DNA from: Octopus vulgaris
Taxonomy: Eukaryota
DNA: 64,000 nt
NCBI GenBank assembly: GCA_951406725.2
Contig: OX597825.1
Location: 45,198,001-45,262,000, forward strand
Direction of reading: 5' to 3'
Positions 51,801 to 64,000 of this stretch are shown here, in pieces. The notes below the pieces were generated by a model. That model had not been told where the DNA came from, searched no databases, and saw only the letters and a program-made list of their open reading frames with translations. Positions within the stretch are counted from its first letter, which is position 1; each line of letters opens with the position of its first letter. A program made the translations under genes and the position numbers.

Positions 51801-52717
51801 TAGTGATGATATACTAAAATTACAATAATCTAGGACAGTTATAACTGCCTCTCCTTAAAAAAGAAGAGATTCTATAATAATGACATTGTTACATTCAGTT
51901 GATTTTACAATATCTTCAGTATTTTTGGTCAGTAAGAAGAGAAATAGGAAAGCCCATAGTATTCTTAGATTTTCCAATATACCCTAAACAATTGGTTAAC
52001 TGGGTATATTTAGCAAGGTTAGGGTTTCTTTTTGAACTGTTTCAAGACAGATATTGTTGAGATGAAAATATATGCTATAAAGATTTTGCAGAATGGTGTT
52101 TATCTGAAGAAGAAAGAATGGAGAAATGCTTACAAAAAGACACGAAAAGAGAAAAGGAAGTATAGTAATGGACGAGGTGAAGCTGGAAGAAACTAGCTAA
52201 GGTGGACAGGTACCTGCTTAGAAAGATTAGATGTAATAGATTGGCAGAGCAAACATTGCAATGTAGTGTGTGTGTGCATGTATGCATTTGTGTGTGTGTG
52301 TGCACATGTGCACACATATGTTTGTGTGTGTGTGTATGTGTAAGACTGTGTATGTGTGTATGCATGTGAGACTGTGTATGTGTGTATGTGACTCTGTGTG
52401 TGCATGTGCACATGTGTATGTGTATGACTGCATATGTGCAGCTCTGTGTGTGTGAGTGTATGTGTGTGTGACTTTGTGTCTGTGTGTTTTTGTGTCATTT
52501 GTGTGTTAGGTGCATCATTCTAGATATGAAAGCAATCCAGACACTGAAATGCAGCCTTGATGAAATGTAAAAGTATCACCAGTATGAAGCATTAAATATT
52601 GTCAACCTGGCATTACAAAAGAAATTGATTGTTTCAGTTTTCTATTCCAGAACATTGTTCCACAGATATATTACTAAATATTATTCCCAAATATTGGGAA
52701 TATAGGTCATTACTTAC

Positions 52718-52807
52718 CAATGGGTCAAAGCGATTCTGTTTGGGAAGACTGACCAGAGGTTCAACTGTAGTACCAACAATAACTTTTTGTCCTGAACCAG
52801 GTGTCTC
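52718..52807 (-). CDS. IQCH: Internal coding exon of IQCH-like gene (ETPGSGQKVIVGTTVEPLVSLPKQNRFDPL)
   Basis: Minus strand: acceptor ttttttttcttgtttag, 90 nt open frame in phase 0/0, donor gtaagt. Phase-compatible with both neighbouring exons. Confidence 0.75.
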
Positions 52808-53212
52808 CTAAACAAGAAAAAAAACAAAAACAAGTCTGTAAAGAATGAAATCTTCAGATATCATTTTAATGTGAATGTTTGTGCATATATGTAAACATAC
52901 AGATATCTATGAGTGTGTGTGTGGTGGGGTGCATGATCAGTAGGTGGTGAAATTGATAGAGAGTAACTAACAACTCAGAAGTTATGATTCATATCCTGCA
53001 ACTAGGACTGCCCCTTGACCTACATGATGAAAGCATTTAAATCTTAAATGAGCAATGAAGGGATTCTGTCTTGTTTTTGCTAGTACATTTGAGATACATT
53101 TTGATGAGAGCAATATCTTTACAGCTAACCACTTACCTTTAAAGTCAGTGCCCTTCTCAATGAAGCAAATTGTATTTGTTTTTTCCCTCGAATATGCAAA
53201 TTAGAGAAGAGT

Positions 53213-53830
53213 TACAGGGGTTGGACAAAATAATGGAAACACCTTAAAATTTCAAACAAATTTATTTTAATATGGGGTAGGACTACCATCGGCAGTAATT
53301 ACTGCTTGAATTCTACGAGGTATGGACTAATACAAAGTTTGAATTGTTTCCAGAGGAATTTTTGTCCATTCTTCAGCTAAAACAATCTCTAGTTCTCGTA
53401 GTGATGATGGTGGAGGATATCAACTCCTTACTTGTTTTTCTAAAATGCACCATAAATGTTCAATAATATTGAGATATGGGGACTGTGGTGGCCAGATAAG
53501 ATGTTCAACTTCACAAGAATGTTCCTCATGCCATTCAGTAACAACTTTAGCTCTGTGAATTGGTGCATGCATTATCATCCTGAAAGGATGTGTTTCCCTC
53601 CAGAAGCAGTTCCACAACCATAGAATGAATTTGATCAGATAAAATGCTTAAATAGTTTTGACTATTAATTCTGCCATGAGGGGAAACCATTGGGCCGGCA
53701 GATTTCCAAGATATAGCTCCACCAGATCATCACAGATACTCCTCTGTATTTAACAGTTTAAAGAAGGCAGTCTGGGTCAAATGCTTCTTTTGGCTGTCTC
53801 CACACGTTTACTCGGCCAATGGTCAGAAAT
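53213..53830 (-). mobile_element. Tc1-like transposon 3' half
   Basis: WPPQSPYLNIIEHLW motif in ORF 53420-53617; terminal TA|caggggttggacaaaataatggaaacacc. Confidence 0.85.
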
Positions 53831-56013
53831 AGTATTCAAGCACTATGTGCTTGTAGTTTTTCATTCCATGCATTTCCTGGTTTTTAGCTCAAGCTTTGTA
53901 TGTGTAACTGCCAACCAATTTAACACATTTATCTCAGCATTTATTGCTCTTTTGAACATGTTAACAAGGGTTGTTTGGTAGAATGAGCTTTCTATTCCAA
54001 TAACCAACTATCAGATCCCTCCCAAGTGATTTCTCATTCAACAGTTTTACAAAAATGGTCAGGAGAGTTTCGCTGTGGATATTTTGAGAGAAACATTTGT
54101 ACAGTACTCACTCCATAGCTCATCTAACCACTTTGTGTAATGGGTATGTTGCTTGTTTATATTCAGAACCCTCACCAAATGCCTCTAAAACATTAAAGGG
54201 GTGAGCTTTTACAACTTTCACCACATGAACTTTCATTCTATGATACACTACTTGTGAGTTTATTGCACACAGACACAAAGTATGGATTAACTAGAAGTTA
54301 CTTTTGTTATTATCCTTAAGGATCTGCTTACTTAAATTTTTCAATGTCTCTTTGTTCCCCACCTCACCTTATTTATCTCCTCTTCTATATCCACTAATAA
54401 ACAGAGACATTTTTACCTGGGTACTTGAAGTTCTGACTCTGCAAAAATCAAAAACACAAAAACATGATCTTTTTCATGACAAAACAAAATTACTTAATTT
54501 AGTACTTCAATCAACCTTTTTCTTTGATGCTTTAGAAACATAAATATTCGAACTTTTCTTTGCTAACATGCATGTAATGTCTTTCCCTCCTTTTTCTCAC
54601 AATAAATCCTGGTGATTTCAAGCTCACTGCCATATAGATATGCTGGCTAGCTGAAGATATGACTACCTCCACCTCACCACCAAATGCCAGATATAACATG
54701 GCTTTAATCTCCTTTTGAGGCTGTCAGTATCTTATCTTGTACGAAGCTCTGATAAGTATCCTCCCTCACATATCAAGGGTCTGCAGCTATACAACTCACA
54801 CTAACTGCACTTACAACAATTATAAATAATAATAATTGCTAATTGTAATAGCACTGACGATTGACCAATGGATAGTGAATTAAATGAAAGGTCATGAATC
54901 TTCTGATTGTTGGCAAGCCAGGTACAAGTCTTCTTATTCCCTTCACACACAGCAATAGGAACAAACAGCAGTACTACCATAAATTTACCTTTTCCTGTCA
55001 ATTCCAAAGCCTTAGGGCTACCACCATCAATATAGACACAATATAAGGTAAATCTGGTGAAAGTGTGTAGTTGCTGGCGATGTGTACAACTGGCAAAATG
55101 GAAGGGACTCTGCCAAATTTCTCAAGAAACAGCAATCAAAAATTCTTGTGGATGAGTAAAAGCAATGGAGTGACTGGTTTATGTGTATTGCCATGAGGCA
55201 TGATTAAATAAAGTAAATAAGGTGTCAGAGTATGAAATAGAATAATTAAGCTGAGATGAGTTATAGACAGCTCAATAACAACATTTATCTCCATATATAC
55301 CTTACAGTCAGGATTGACAGACAACCAGAAGAAGCAGTTCTACAGGACCCCTTCTGCAAACTACTTCAAGAAAGATTGACAGTGACTTCATTGTTATGGC
55401 TGGTGACTTTAATGGATATGTTGGTCAACTCTATAAGGGCTTCCATGATATCCATGGAGGCTATGGCTTTGGTACAAGGCATGAGGAGGATTTGAAAATA
55501 TTGGATTTCTGTGACATAACAACACAGATCAAGAAACCAGCCAGTCTCCTCGTCACCAACCAATTTGGCTAACACACATATCAGATTTCCTCAAACCCAT
55601 GAGGCAGATCACTCTTCTAATCCTTCCTTGGTCACCTGAGCAAATGCACACGCCCTTTATTCAACCCCTCTAGTGTTGATACATGAAAAGTGCACCCAGT
55701 GCACTCTGTAAAGTGGTTGGTAATAAGAATGGCATCTAATTGTAAAAACCAAACCAAATGACACATATGAAAATCAATGGGAGATAACTCAGGCAGGAGA
55801 TCCATCCAACTCATGCCAGCTTGGAAAGTGGACAAAATAATGATGAGGGTGATGAGGGTGATGCTGTTGTTACTGACACTGATGCCGACTATGACACCAA
55901 TGCTGACAACACTAACATTGATGCAGACACCACCACTGCTGGCAACAATGACAATGGCAGCAAAAATGATGATATGTGATCATTGAAATTATAGAAATAA
56001 TGGAGGAACTTAC

Positions 56014-56133
56014 TTTGCCTTGTCTTTTCTGTGAAATCAGAGGTAGTTGTATGCCATAAGTATCGTAAAGTATATGGCGATTTTTTGCATGGAAAGGGTC
56101 AATGACAGCTTGAAATGCAAGCTGCTGCTTTAG
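56014..56133 (-). CDS. IQCH: Internal coding exon of IQ motif-containing protein H-like gene (LKQQLAFQAVIDPFHAKNRHILYDTYGIQLPLISQKRQGK)
   Basis: Minus strand: acceptor tatttatttcag, 120 nt open frame in phase 0/0, donor gtaagt. The peptide resembles the IQCH N-terminal DP..H.....YGI.LP.I segment as I recall it. Missing from the ORF track because it is short. Confidence 0.75.
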
Positions 56134-56370
56134 CTGAAATAAATAGAATTAGAGTGTACAATATATGATTATCTAACAAATGAACTATACTGTAGTTTAA
56201 ATATAAAAAAGAATATAAATTCCACCTATAGTCATAAACAGAAAAATTAAACTGTAAAACTTTAAAATAAAATATTGCAGACAGTCTTTGTACTGTCTAT
56301 GACAGCTATTAAATATATCTGAACAATCATTACTTTAAGTAAATAACAAATTACTCAAAACAAAATATTG

Positions 56371-56730
56371 TGAATAAACTTCACTGAAAAAATATATATA
56401 TATATTTACGAAGTCTAGACAGGTATCTTCAGCTAGCAGGCCTTGCTACTTTAGACTGATGACGGGCAAGACCCAGAAACATGCATGTCTCTAGATGCAG
56501 GCCTAGCTGTTGGGGGTGCTTGTCTCCCCTTCGTAAATATATAAGGACATAGGAAATGTGTCAAGGCCGACAGGAAGTGTCGATGCTTCCGAGGGTTAAA
56601 TAGCAGTGATGTACTTCCCTTTACGGGATTGTCACGTTAAGTTGACAGTATACAACCACTCTATCACTCCACCACCGCACATATCTCTCTGAGATATTTA
56701 GAAATTTAATATTTCTAATTTTGGTGATCA
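56371..56730 (+). repeat. Hammerhead-containing ~360 bp repeat unit, copy 1 (intact)
   Basis: gtgaataaacttcactgaaaa recurs at 56370 and 56731. The body matches 59572-59623 plus 62109-62382 at high identity. Confidence 0.9.
56431..56508 (+). ncRNA. Type I hammerhead ribozyme motif, copy 1
   Basis: tttaga-CTGATGA-cGGGcaagaCCCa-GAAA-catgcat-GTC-tctaga. Predicted cleavage after C56489; stem I extends via aggccttgc/gcaggcct. The first stem II pair is a non-canonical C.A. Confidence 0.75.
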
Positions 56731-56884
56731 GTGAATAAACTTCACTGAAAAAAAAAAAATATATATATATATATATATATGAATGTGTATGTATGTGTAT
56801 GTTTGTATATGTATATGTATGTATATGTATGTATATGTATATGTATGTATGTATATGTATATGTATATATATGTATATGTATAT

Positions 56885-59412
56885 ATCACTTTGACCGACC
56901 AGTCCGTCAGGCGTCCATTTGACACCGCTGGTCACAGCACGCTGTCCACTCCTGTCTGGATCGCGCCTTTCTCATCCACGTGATCCCAATCGTCCTCTTG
57001 AAATCGTCACTCCATCGTCGTGGAGGTCATCCGGGTAGTCTTTTCCACTCACGCGGGTACCACTCGATAACTGCGTGCGTCCACCGATTATCGGTGAGCC
57101 GGGCGACATGTCCAGCCCATCTATACTTGCTGCGAGTATACTCTGCGATGACATCTCTCACACCGGACTTCTTTCTGATGATCTTGCTATTTATGTGCTC
57201 TCTCAACGAGATACCAAGCATTGACCTTTCCATGGCTCTTTGAGCTGTTATCAGTCTTTGCTCTTCTCTCTTTGTGGTAGCCCATGTTTCACTACCATAT
57301 AACATTGCAGGCAGAACTGCACTGTTAATGAGGTTGGCGCGGGTGGTCCTGTCCAACCTTCCCTTGAGCACATTCCTTATGCCATTGAACGCCTTCCATC
57401 CAGCCCTTACTCTCCGTGAGATCTCCTTTTTGATATCCCGGCACATATTTACTTCCTGTCCCAGGTGGACATATTCTCTCATCTCCTCTATTTCATCACT
57501 GCCGATCACCATTCTGACCGCATGAACTTTGTTTTCATGCAGTTCATCTTGAGACTTACTGCAGAACGTTGTCTGACCGCATGAACTTTGTTTTCATGCG
57601 GTTCATCTTGAGACCTACTGCAGAACTTTTGATGTCGAGCTCCGTCAGCATGGTCTGAAGCTGATCCATGTTTTCAGCGATGAGTACGATGTCGTCAGCG
57701 AAACGGAGGTGAGTGAGGAGCTTGCCATTGATGTTGACACCACCTTGCCATTTGATGCCTCTGATGATCTGTTCGAGACATGCAGTGAAAAGTTTTGGGG
57801 AGATTGTATCTCCTTGCTTCACTCCCTTCTCGACCAGCACTCGTATGGGTGATGACAGTAGAGCTATGTTGGTGGTGCATCCGGAATTTGCCTCTCTGAG
57901 CAGCTGCACATATTGCGCTTCGATTCCTTGCCTCTGCAGCGAGTTCAGCAATGCGTTGGTTTCGACGCAAAGAGGCAGCTTGTACTCATTTGCTCGCTCA
58001 AGCAGTTGCGTTAGAGCAAATATATGGTCCATTGTGCTGTAGTTCTTCCGGAAGCCTGCTTGCTCCTCGGTTGTTGTTTGTCGAGACGACGTGACAACCT
58101 GTTCAGAATTATCTTCATGAACAGCTTGTACACGTGAGACAGCAGGCATACGGGTCGGTAGTTCTTTAGATCTTCTCTGTCGCCCTTCTTATACAGCAGG
58201 ATGGTATTTGACTCTTTCCACTGCAAGGGAATTCTTCCATCGTCTAGATAGTGCGTAAATCGCTCAGCGAGGATTTTCCAGAGCTGCTCTCTGCCTGACT
58301 TTAGCACCTCCGATGTTATCCCGTCTTTCCCTGGAGCCTTTCCGTTTTTCATCGAGCCGATGGCTCTTTCAACCTCACTGACAAGGATAAGTGGCACGTT
58401 TTCTTCCTGTTGGAGTGGTGGTAACGACTGGACATTTCTGGTAGACTTAAAGAGCTTGGTGTAGAAGTCTTCACAAACTTTTTCCATCTCGCTGTTCTCG
58501 TTGACCGGTATTCCATCTGTATTTTTCAGGGCCATCACCTCCGATCTATATAGTACCATGTCCCTCTTGCATTTCTTGAGGCTCTTCTTTTCCTCTGCAG
58601 CCTTCAAGAGCTTCTCCATCCAGTATGCCTCAAAGTCTTTCTTTAGTTGCTGACGAATCACTCTGCTGAGAATGGAATATTCAATAGTCCTCTTCATATT
58701 TTTCCTCTTCTCGAGTAACTTCGTAGTTTCTTCCGAGATTCTTCCCTTCTTTTCTCTTGGGCATACACCTTTAGCCTTCCTTAAACACTCCTTCAGTTTC
58801 CCTATCGGTGAGTTGTAGTCATCGTCTATGTCGTCTCCTTGGCACCAGTCTTCCTGCATGATGGCTTCCTGCAGCTTTGCCTCGTTGTAGACTCGGACAC
58901 GTTTTCCCTTCGACGCCAAATATAACGCCATCTTCTCCCTCTTCTCGTCGATGACGACCCTCGCCCTTACCAGACAATGATCGCTGATGGTGTTGAATGG
59001 CATCACGACGGAGACGTCATGCAATATGCGTCGCTTATCAACCAGGATGTAGTCGATCTCGCTTCAGTGCTTAGAGTTCGGCGATATCCAAATCCATCTC
59101 TTCCTCTCCCTCTTCCTGAATAGGCTGTTTCCGATGTAGAACTGCCTCGCCTCTGCCATGGTAGCCAAACGTTCTCCTTTCTCCTGACGTATTCCTCTCC
59201 TTGTCGTCCATGTCCAACCTTTGCGTTGAAGTCTCCCATCACGACAGTGTAAGTGGACTTCATAGCTAACCCTTTGTCTAGTTGTCGATAGAATTCTTCC
59301 ACCTCGTCATCGTCGCTGGCACTTGTGGGAGCATAGGTCTGAACAATCTTGAGGGTGGCCTTCCCTGAGAGGTTCACATTTAGTACACCAATCCGTGATA
59401 TCATCACGGATT
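56885..59412 (-). mobile_element. Relatively young 5'-truncated RTE-clade LINE (APE endonuclease + RT) inserted in (TA)n
   Basis: YAPT, MGDFNAK, SDH, GKAPGKDG, NYRPVCLL, QAGFR, GVKQGDTISPKLF, LRFADD, YGSETW and RWAGHVAR motifs; few frameshifts; ~43 bp tandem duplication near 57514-57620. Confidence 0.95.
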
Positions 59413-59462
59413 GGTATATGTATATATATGTATATGTATATATATGTATATGTATATATATG

Positions 59463-59576
<114 letters not shown>

Positions 59577-59623
59577 CAAAGTCTAGACAGGTATCTTCAG
59601 CTAGCAGGCCTTGCTACTTTAGA

Positions 59624-62108
59624 TGGTGACCTCGCAAGGGAGTGTTTGTGTCGGATTTGCAGTTGTGAGTTGAATTTTGTTGTTGCATATTGTTGTTGAA
59701 AATTGTTGCTTTGTGTTGAACGTTATAATTGTTGAATTCTTTGTTGGGTATGCAAGCCCAGACTTATGCGAAAGCAGCAGGCAAAAGCCTGTCTGCTGAT
59801 GCATTACAGTTAAAAGAAGTAATTATTGAGAAGGAAAATCTGAGGAAATACTATGACAGCTTCAAAAAGGAAGGAGACTGTCTGAGAATTACACCACCAG
59901 AAGACGAAGTTCAAAAAGCAGAGACAAAAACGATAACATACAGAACAGTGTGGTCTCAAAAAGAATAGATGTGGCAGAAGTGGAAGAGATTGAAAAGTGT
60001 TTACAAGAAATAAAAGAAAGAACTACCTTCTACAATAGAGGTAGAAAATATGCAACAGTAGAAGTTCGCTTCAAAAATGAAGATGAAGCAAAAAGGAATG
60101 CAACAACAGCGTTGAGATCAGATAAGTGGGTATTACTAACTACTTACTGTGGTAAGTTCCACCGGAACTTGATACCGAAAGAATAGTAGCAGCAATAATT
60201 TACAACTGCAAGGAGGACGTGGACATACTCAAGGTGGAAAAGTCGAATGAAATAAACTGGTGGGGTTATGCGGTGGAAGCCCTAATCCACATAACCCTGC
60301 TAGATTTGTACAACATCCCAGAGGAGTTGGTGTTCCCCGATGAGACACAACTGAGAGTCGTGGTGGAGGAGAGTCCGCCAGTGTGTTATAAATGTAAGAG
60401 CAGAGGGCACATGAAGGATGTGTGTCCTCAAAGAGAAATACAAGAGAAGACGATAACCCTGAAGGAAGAAATAAAAGCTTGGACAGGGGAGTTATAAAGA
60501 GAGAATGTAGAACTACAAGTGGAAGAAGAGATCATGACAACAGATAATATGGAAAGTGGCAACAAGCTAGAGAAGGAGAAAGAAAAGGAGAGAACAGAAG
60601 GAAAAGAGGATAGAAAGTGAACATGGGTGGAATCACCACTGAAAGACCAAAAAAAGAAAATAAAAAAAATAAAAAATTGCCGTAGAGACAGAGGATCGAA
60701 CACACGAAGGGAAATTTACAACAATTAAATTGAGTGAAGGTCAAATGTTGGAGGAAATGGAAATATGGTCAACAAAAGTGGAAGAATGTCTGAAAACATG
60801 CAAGAAAGGAGGAAGACTCAAAGGAAAAAATTTCAGAGCTGTAACGTTGTACTGAAAAGATAAAGAAATTGAGAAAAAATTAGCGATAATGAAAGGTCTA
60901 ACGAGAGTGAAATTGCTCAAGGTGGCTTCGTCATTCATACGTGCCATTCTTGCTACATTCACCCATCTTTTTTTAAAACATTCGCTAGACAAAACTTGCC
61001 TCTCTACTCTCACTTTCCTTTTCAAGTGGTACTTGAAGAAGTTGATGAGAGATTGACCAGAGAGGAAAGTGTTTGTCTCCAATCCTTTCAGACGCGTCCA
61101 CCAGATACATTCTTTCGCCATAGCCACAAGGATGATGAAAATAGCTCTTCCTTCCCGTTTGAAGGAAGGAGGCGTGACAATATTGACGATAGACTCAGCT
61201 GATAAACCGACTCGTCCCACACGTGACAGCAGTTGTTCGACATAAGCCCACAGGTCGGAAATTGTTGGACACTGAACGAGTGCGTGCAGAACGGTTTCGT
61301 CGCTCTGACCGCATCTCGGGCAGGTCGGCCCCGTGTTTCTCGAGCCGTGTCTGTAGAGCTTATCTCGAACGGGTAGCGCTTCTCGGTAGCACTGCCAGGC
61401 CAGGGATCTCTGGAAGTTGTCCATGGGCCCTGGCCCGAAAGTCGTCCTGAACAGGCGGGTCAGGTACTCCTCGTCGACGTCCAGGTTCGCCCCGAGCTCG
61501 TCGTCGTACCTCCCCTCCACTAAACCCCTATAGAATGCTTTGGTTGTGTTGAAGTCACTTAAGGTCGACCCAGGACGGCAGAGTTGCTTGAGAGCAACGC
61601 GACACTCGCGGTGCCATTCGCCCTTCCTCGGCCTCTTTTTGATCCACGACTGCAGTTCGGTCATGGAGACGAGCTGCGGGAAAGCGTGCCTCACAAACGG
61701 CGACCACACCTGTTCACCGTCGTCTACATAGAGCCAGAAATTGAACCCAAGGATATACGATAATGAATTAAAGGCAGTAATATTAGATAAAGAGACGGTA
61801 AATAAATTAATGAATTTGTTTCCAAATACAGTTGTGTGCATTGCGCACTACATTCGATATGACAGTTTACCCTGCATTATAGAGCAGGAAGAATTACTCG
61901 TTTACATTACTGACGAACACCCCGGATAGTATAACTGTAATTGTAAATGAAACTGTGAGCTTTGGGGGGGCTCGTAAGCCATTTCATTTAATTCATTGTT
62001 AATACTTCATTTCATATCATCCTTTCTGTATTTTTGTTATATGTGCCCCATGTCCTGTATTGTTATGTCCCCTTTTCATTCAGGCCAGTGTGCCTATAAT
62101 AAAGAGAA
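59624..62108 (+). mobile_element. ORF1-only (HAL1-like) non-LTR element with 25 bp TSD
   Basis: TSD agctagcaggccttgctact(t/c)taga at 59599-59623 and 62109-62133. Broken ORF about 59750-61929 with CYKCKSRGHMKDVC knuckle; ends tataataaaagagaa; no native RT. Confidence 0.85.
60916..61736 (-). mobile_element. L1/Tx1-clade ORF2 C-terminal fragment (zf-RVT), inserted antisense
   Basis: Open frame with W..YREALPVRDKL...CPRCGQSDETVLHALVQC; GC-rich relative to flanks; bounded by a 7 bp direct repeat gaaattg (60909-60915, 61737-61743). Confidence 0.85.
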
Positions 62109-62186
62109 AGCTAGCAGGCCTTGCTACTCTAGACTGATGACGGGCAAGACCCAGAAACATGCATGTCTCTAGATGCAGGCCTAGCT
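62109..62186 (+). ncRNA. Type I hammerhead ribozyme motif, copy 2
   Basis: tctaga-CTGATGA-cgggcaagaccca-GAAA-catgcat-GTC-tctaga. Perfect 6 bp stem I; predicted cleavage after C62167. Confidence 0.75.
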
Positions 62187-62696
62187 TTTGGGGGTGCTTG
62201 TCTCCCCTTCGTAAATATATAAGGACACAGGAAATGTGTCAAGCATCGATGCTTCCTAGGGCTAAATAGCAGTGGTGTAATTCCCTTTACAGGACTGTCA
62301 CGTTAAGTTGACAGTATACAACCACTCTATCGCTCCACCACCACACATATCTCTCTGAGATATTTAGAAATTTAATATTTCTAAAATGTTGATAATCTCT
62401 CTGAAAGAAATATCAAGAATTATACCAAATCAAACAGAACTTTTGATTGAAAACTAACTCTTAGGTAGTAGCTAGCTAAATGTGACAAGATTTAAACAAA
62501 ACAAAAATTAAAATTATCTTTTTATAGTATTTCTTTTGTATGGTAAGTGAAATTTTCAATTGTTATTAATTTTAATTTTGTTATTATTGTTTTAACATAA
62601 GGGCAGTAGACTGGTAAAATTAGTAGTACATTGGGCAAAATAAACATGGTTTAGCAAAATCAGTAAAGCATGGACAAAACACACACATTGATTAAC

Positions 62697-64000
62697 TGTT
62701 GTAATCCTCTCATCTGTTATGATATCCACTCCAGTATAGCAATATAGTTAGTTAGGCAAGTAAGACCACAACTATCTATGACCGTCTACTTCGTACTCTC
62801 TACCCATACTGATACTGACTGACAGTATTTTTAATGACTACCACATACCACTCATGTGTGAGGGATGTACCATTATTACTATTATCCCCATAACATCTCT
62901 TTTAAGTTTTTCTTTTTTCTTAGGGAGTGTAATTTTATTTCTTTTAATAGCAATAATTTTTACATCACCCCCACCTCCCTGTTTTGAGTTTTTTTAATTT
63001 TTTTATACAGTTACACATTTAATATTTTTTCATTTGGCATTCACTTCCAGGAACTCCATACATTTTCTTTTTCTTACGCTTGTGCATCTGGGTTCAATTA
63101 TTTGTAGTAGCATTGGTACTTGAAAAGTATCATAAAACCATTCTATTGGTTCTTCCATTCTCTTGGGTTCGCTCTCAACGAATCTTTTTTTCAGTTGGTT
63201 CATGTGTCTTTTGTATACCCTTTTCCTTTTACGAAGTATAGCATTTTTCCTATGTGTTTGGTAATCACACCATTCTTCCCAACTTTGTTCTCCATTCTTA
63301 TATGCCCTAACAAATTACCTTTTCACCAATTTTGAAATATTTTGCTGTATTATTTGTTGCAATTTTTCTTTTTTTTTGCCAGGTAGCACTTTGTCAAAGA
63401 CTGATTTTATTTTCCTTGCATACATCAGCTCTGCTGGTGACATACCTGCTGTTGTATTTGAATTTGGCATCACATGGTATACTCTTAAGAATTGTTGTAG
63501 AGCTACCTTATTCGTGACTTTCTTAAGGCTCCCTTGGATGTATCAATAAAGAGTTCTGCATGTCCATGGCTCACAGTGTTTCGGTTTCAGTCTGGACAAA
63601 CGATCCGCAACCTTAGTTTTTTTTTTTATGGTAAAAATTCCATTTTGTAGTCATAATTCAATAATGTAGTGTCCCATTGCTGTAGTCTATTCACTGTGTG
63701 TGTTGGTATTCCTTTTTTTAGAACCGTATATTGACAGTAGTGGACAATGATCTGTTTGTAGATGAAAACTTCTTCCATGTATAAATCTCTGGAATCTTTT
63801 CACATCGAATATGATTGCTAATGCTTCCTTTTCTATTTGGTTAAAGTTCCATTCTGCTGATAATAACTATCGTGATGCATGGGCTATAGCCTTTTTACTC
63901 CCGTCATCATATTTGTGCAGAAGCATAGCTCCTACACTGCAATCCCTTGCATCTGTAGTCAATATAATATCCAACTAATGATAAGTCTGATGTTAAAATG
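62697..64000 (-). mobile_element. Decayed Ty3/Gypsy 3' part, running off the window
   Basis: Minus strand RNase H ([33 protein letters not shown]); purine tract aaaagaga then LTR TGTTAT...ACAACA at 62895-62697; same family as 19366-25965. Confidence 0.85.

Noticed and set aside
54417-54438. Possible 22 nt micro-exon (tttttgcag|...ccag|gtaaaa) on the minus strand
   Set aside because: The length breaks the frame between two phase-0 exons and the donor is weak; no support without RNA data.
60741-61841. 366 aa ORF as a host gene
   Set aside because: The core is a LINE ORF2 zf-RVT fragment; both ends are antisense read-through of the surrounding element.

Overview
AT-rich, microsatellite-dense metazoan DNA. 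The repeat complement (tRNA-derived SINEs, RTE LINEs, (TA)n/(CA)n tracts) looks like an octopod cephalopod genome; this is an inference. The only host coding sequence I can support is three phase-compatible minus-strand exons (56133-56014, 52807-52718, 36411-36231) of an IQCH-like gene, so most of the window is probably intron. The rest is layered, mostly decayed mobile DNA: RTE and L1/Tx1 LINE pieces, Gypsy LTR elements, Tc1/mariner, Chapaev3-like, MULE and piggyBac remnants, non-autonomous Helitrons, SINEs and a 5S rRNA pseudogene. The most notable structure is at 56371-62382: a tandem dimer of a ~360 bp non-coding unit, each copy carrying a minimal type I hammerhead ribozyme motif (retrozyme or Penelope-pLTR-like). 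The second copy is interrupted by an RTE LINE and by an ORF1-only (HAL1-like) retroelement inserted directly 5' of the ribozyme core with a 25 bp target-site duplication. A second, divergent ORF1-only element lies at 11595-13165 and shares its 3' tail with a SINE. Several long inverted repeats are present, including a ~1.35 kb palindrome with near-identical inner arms. Boundaries of degraded elements are approximate and were read by eye.
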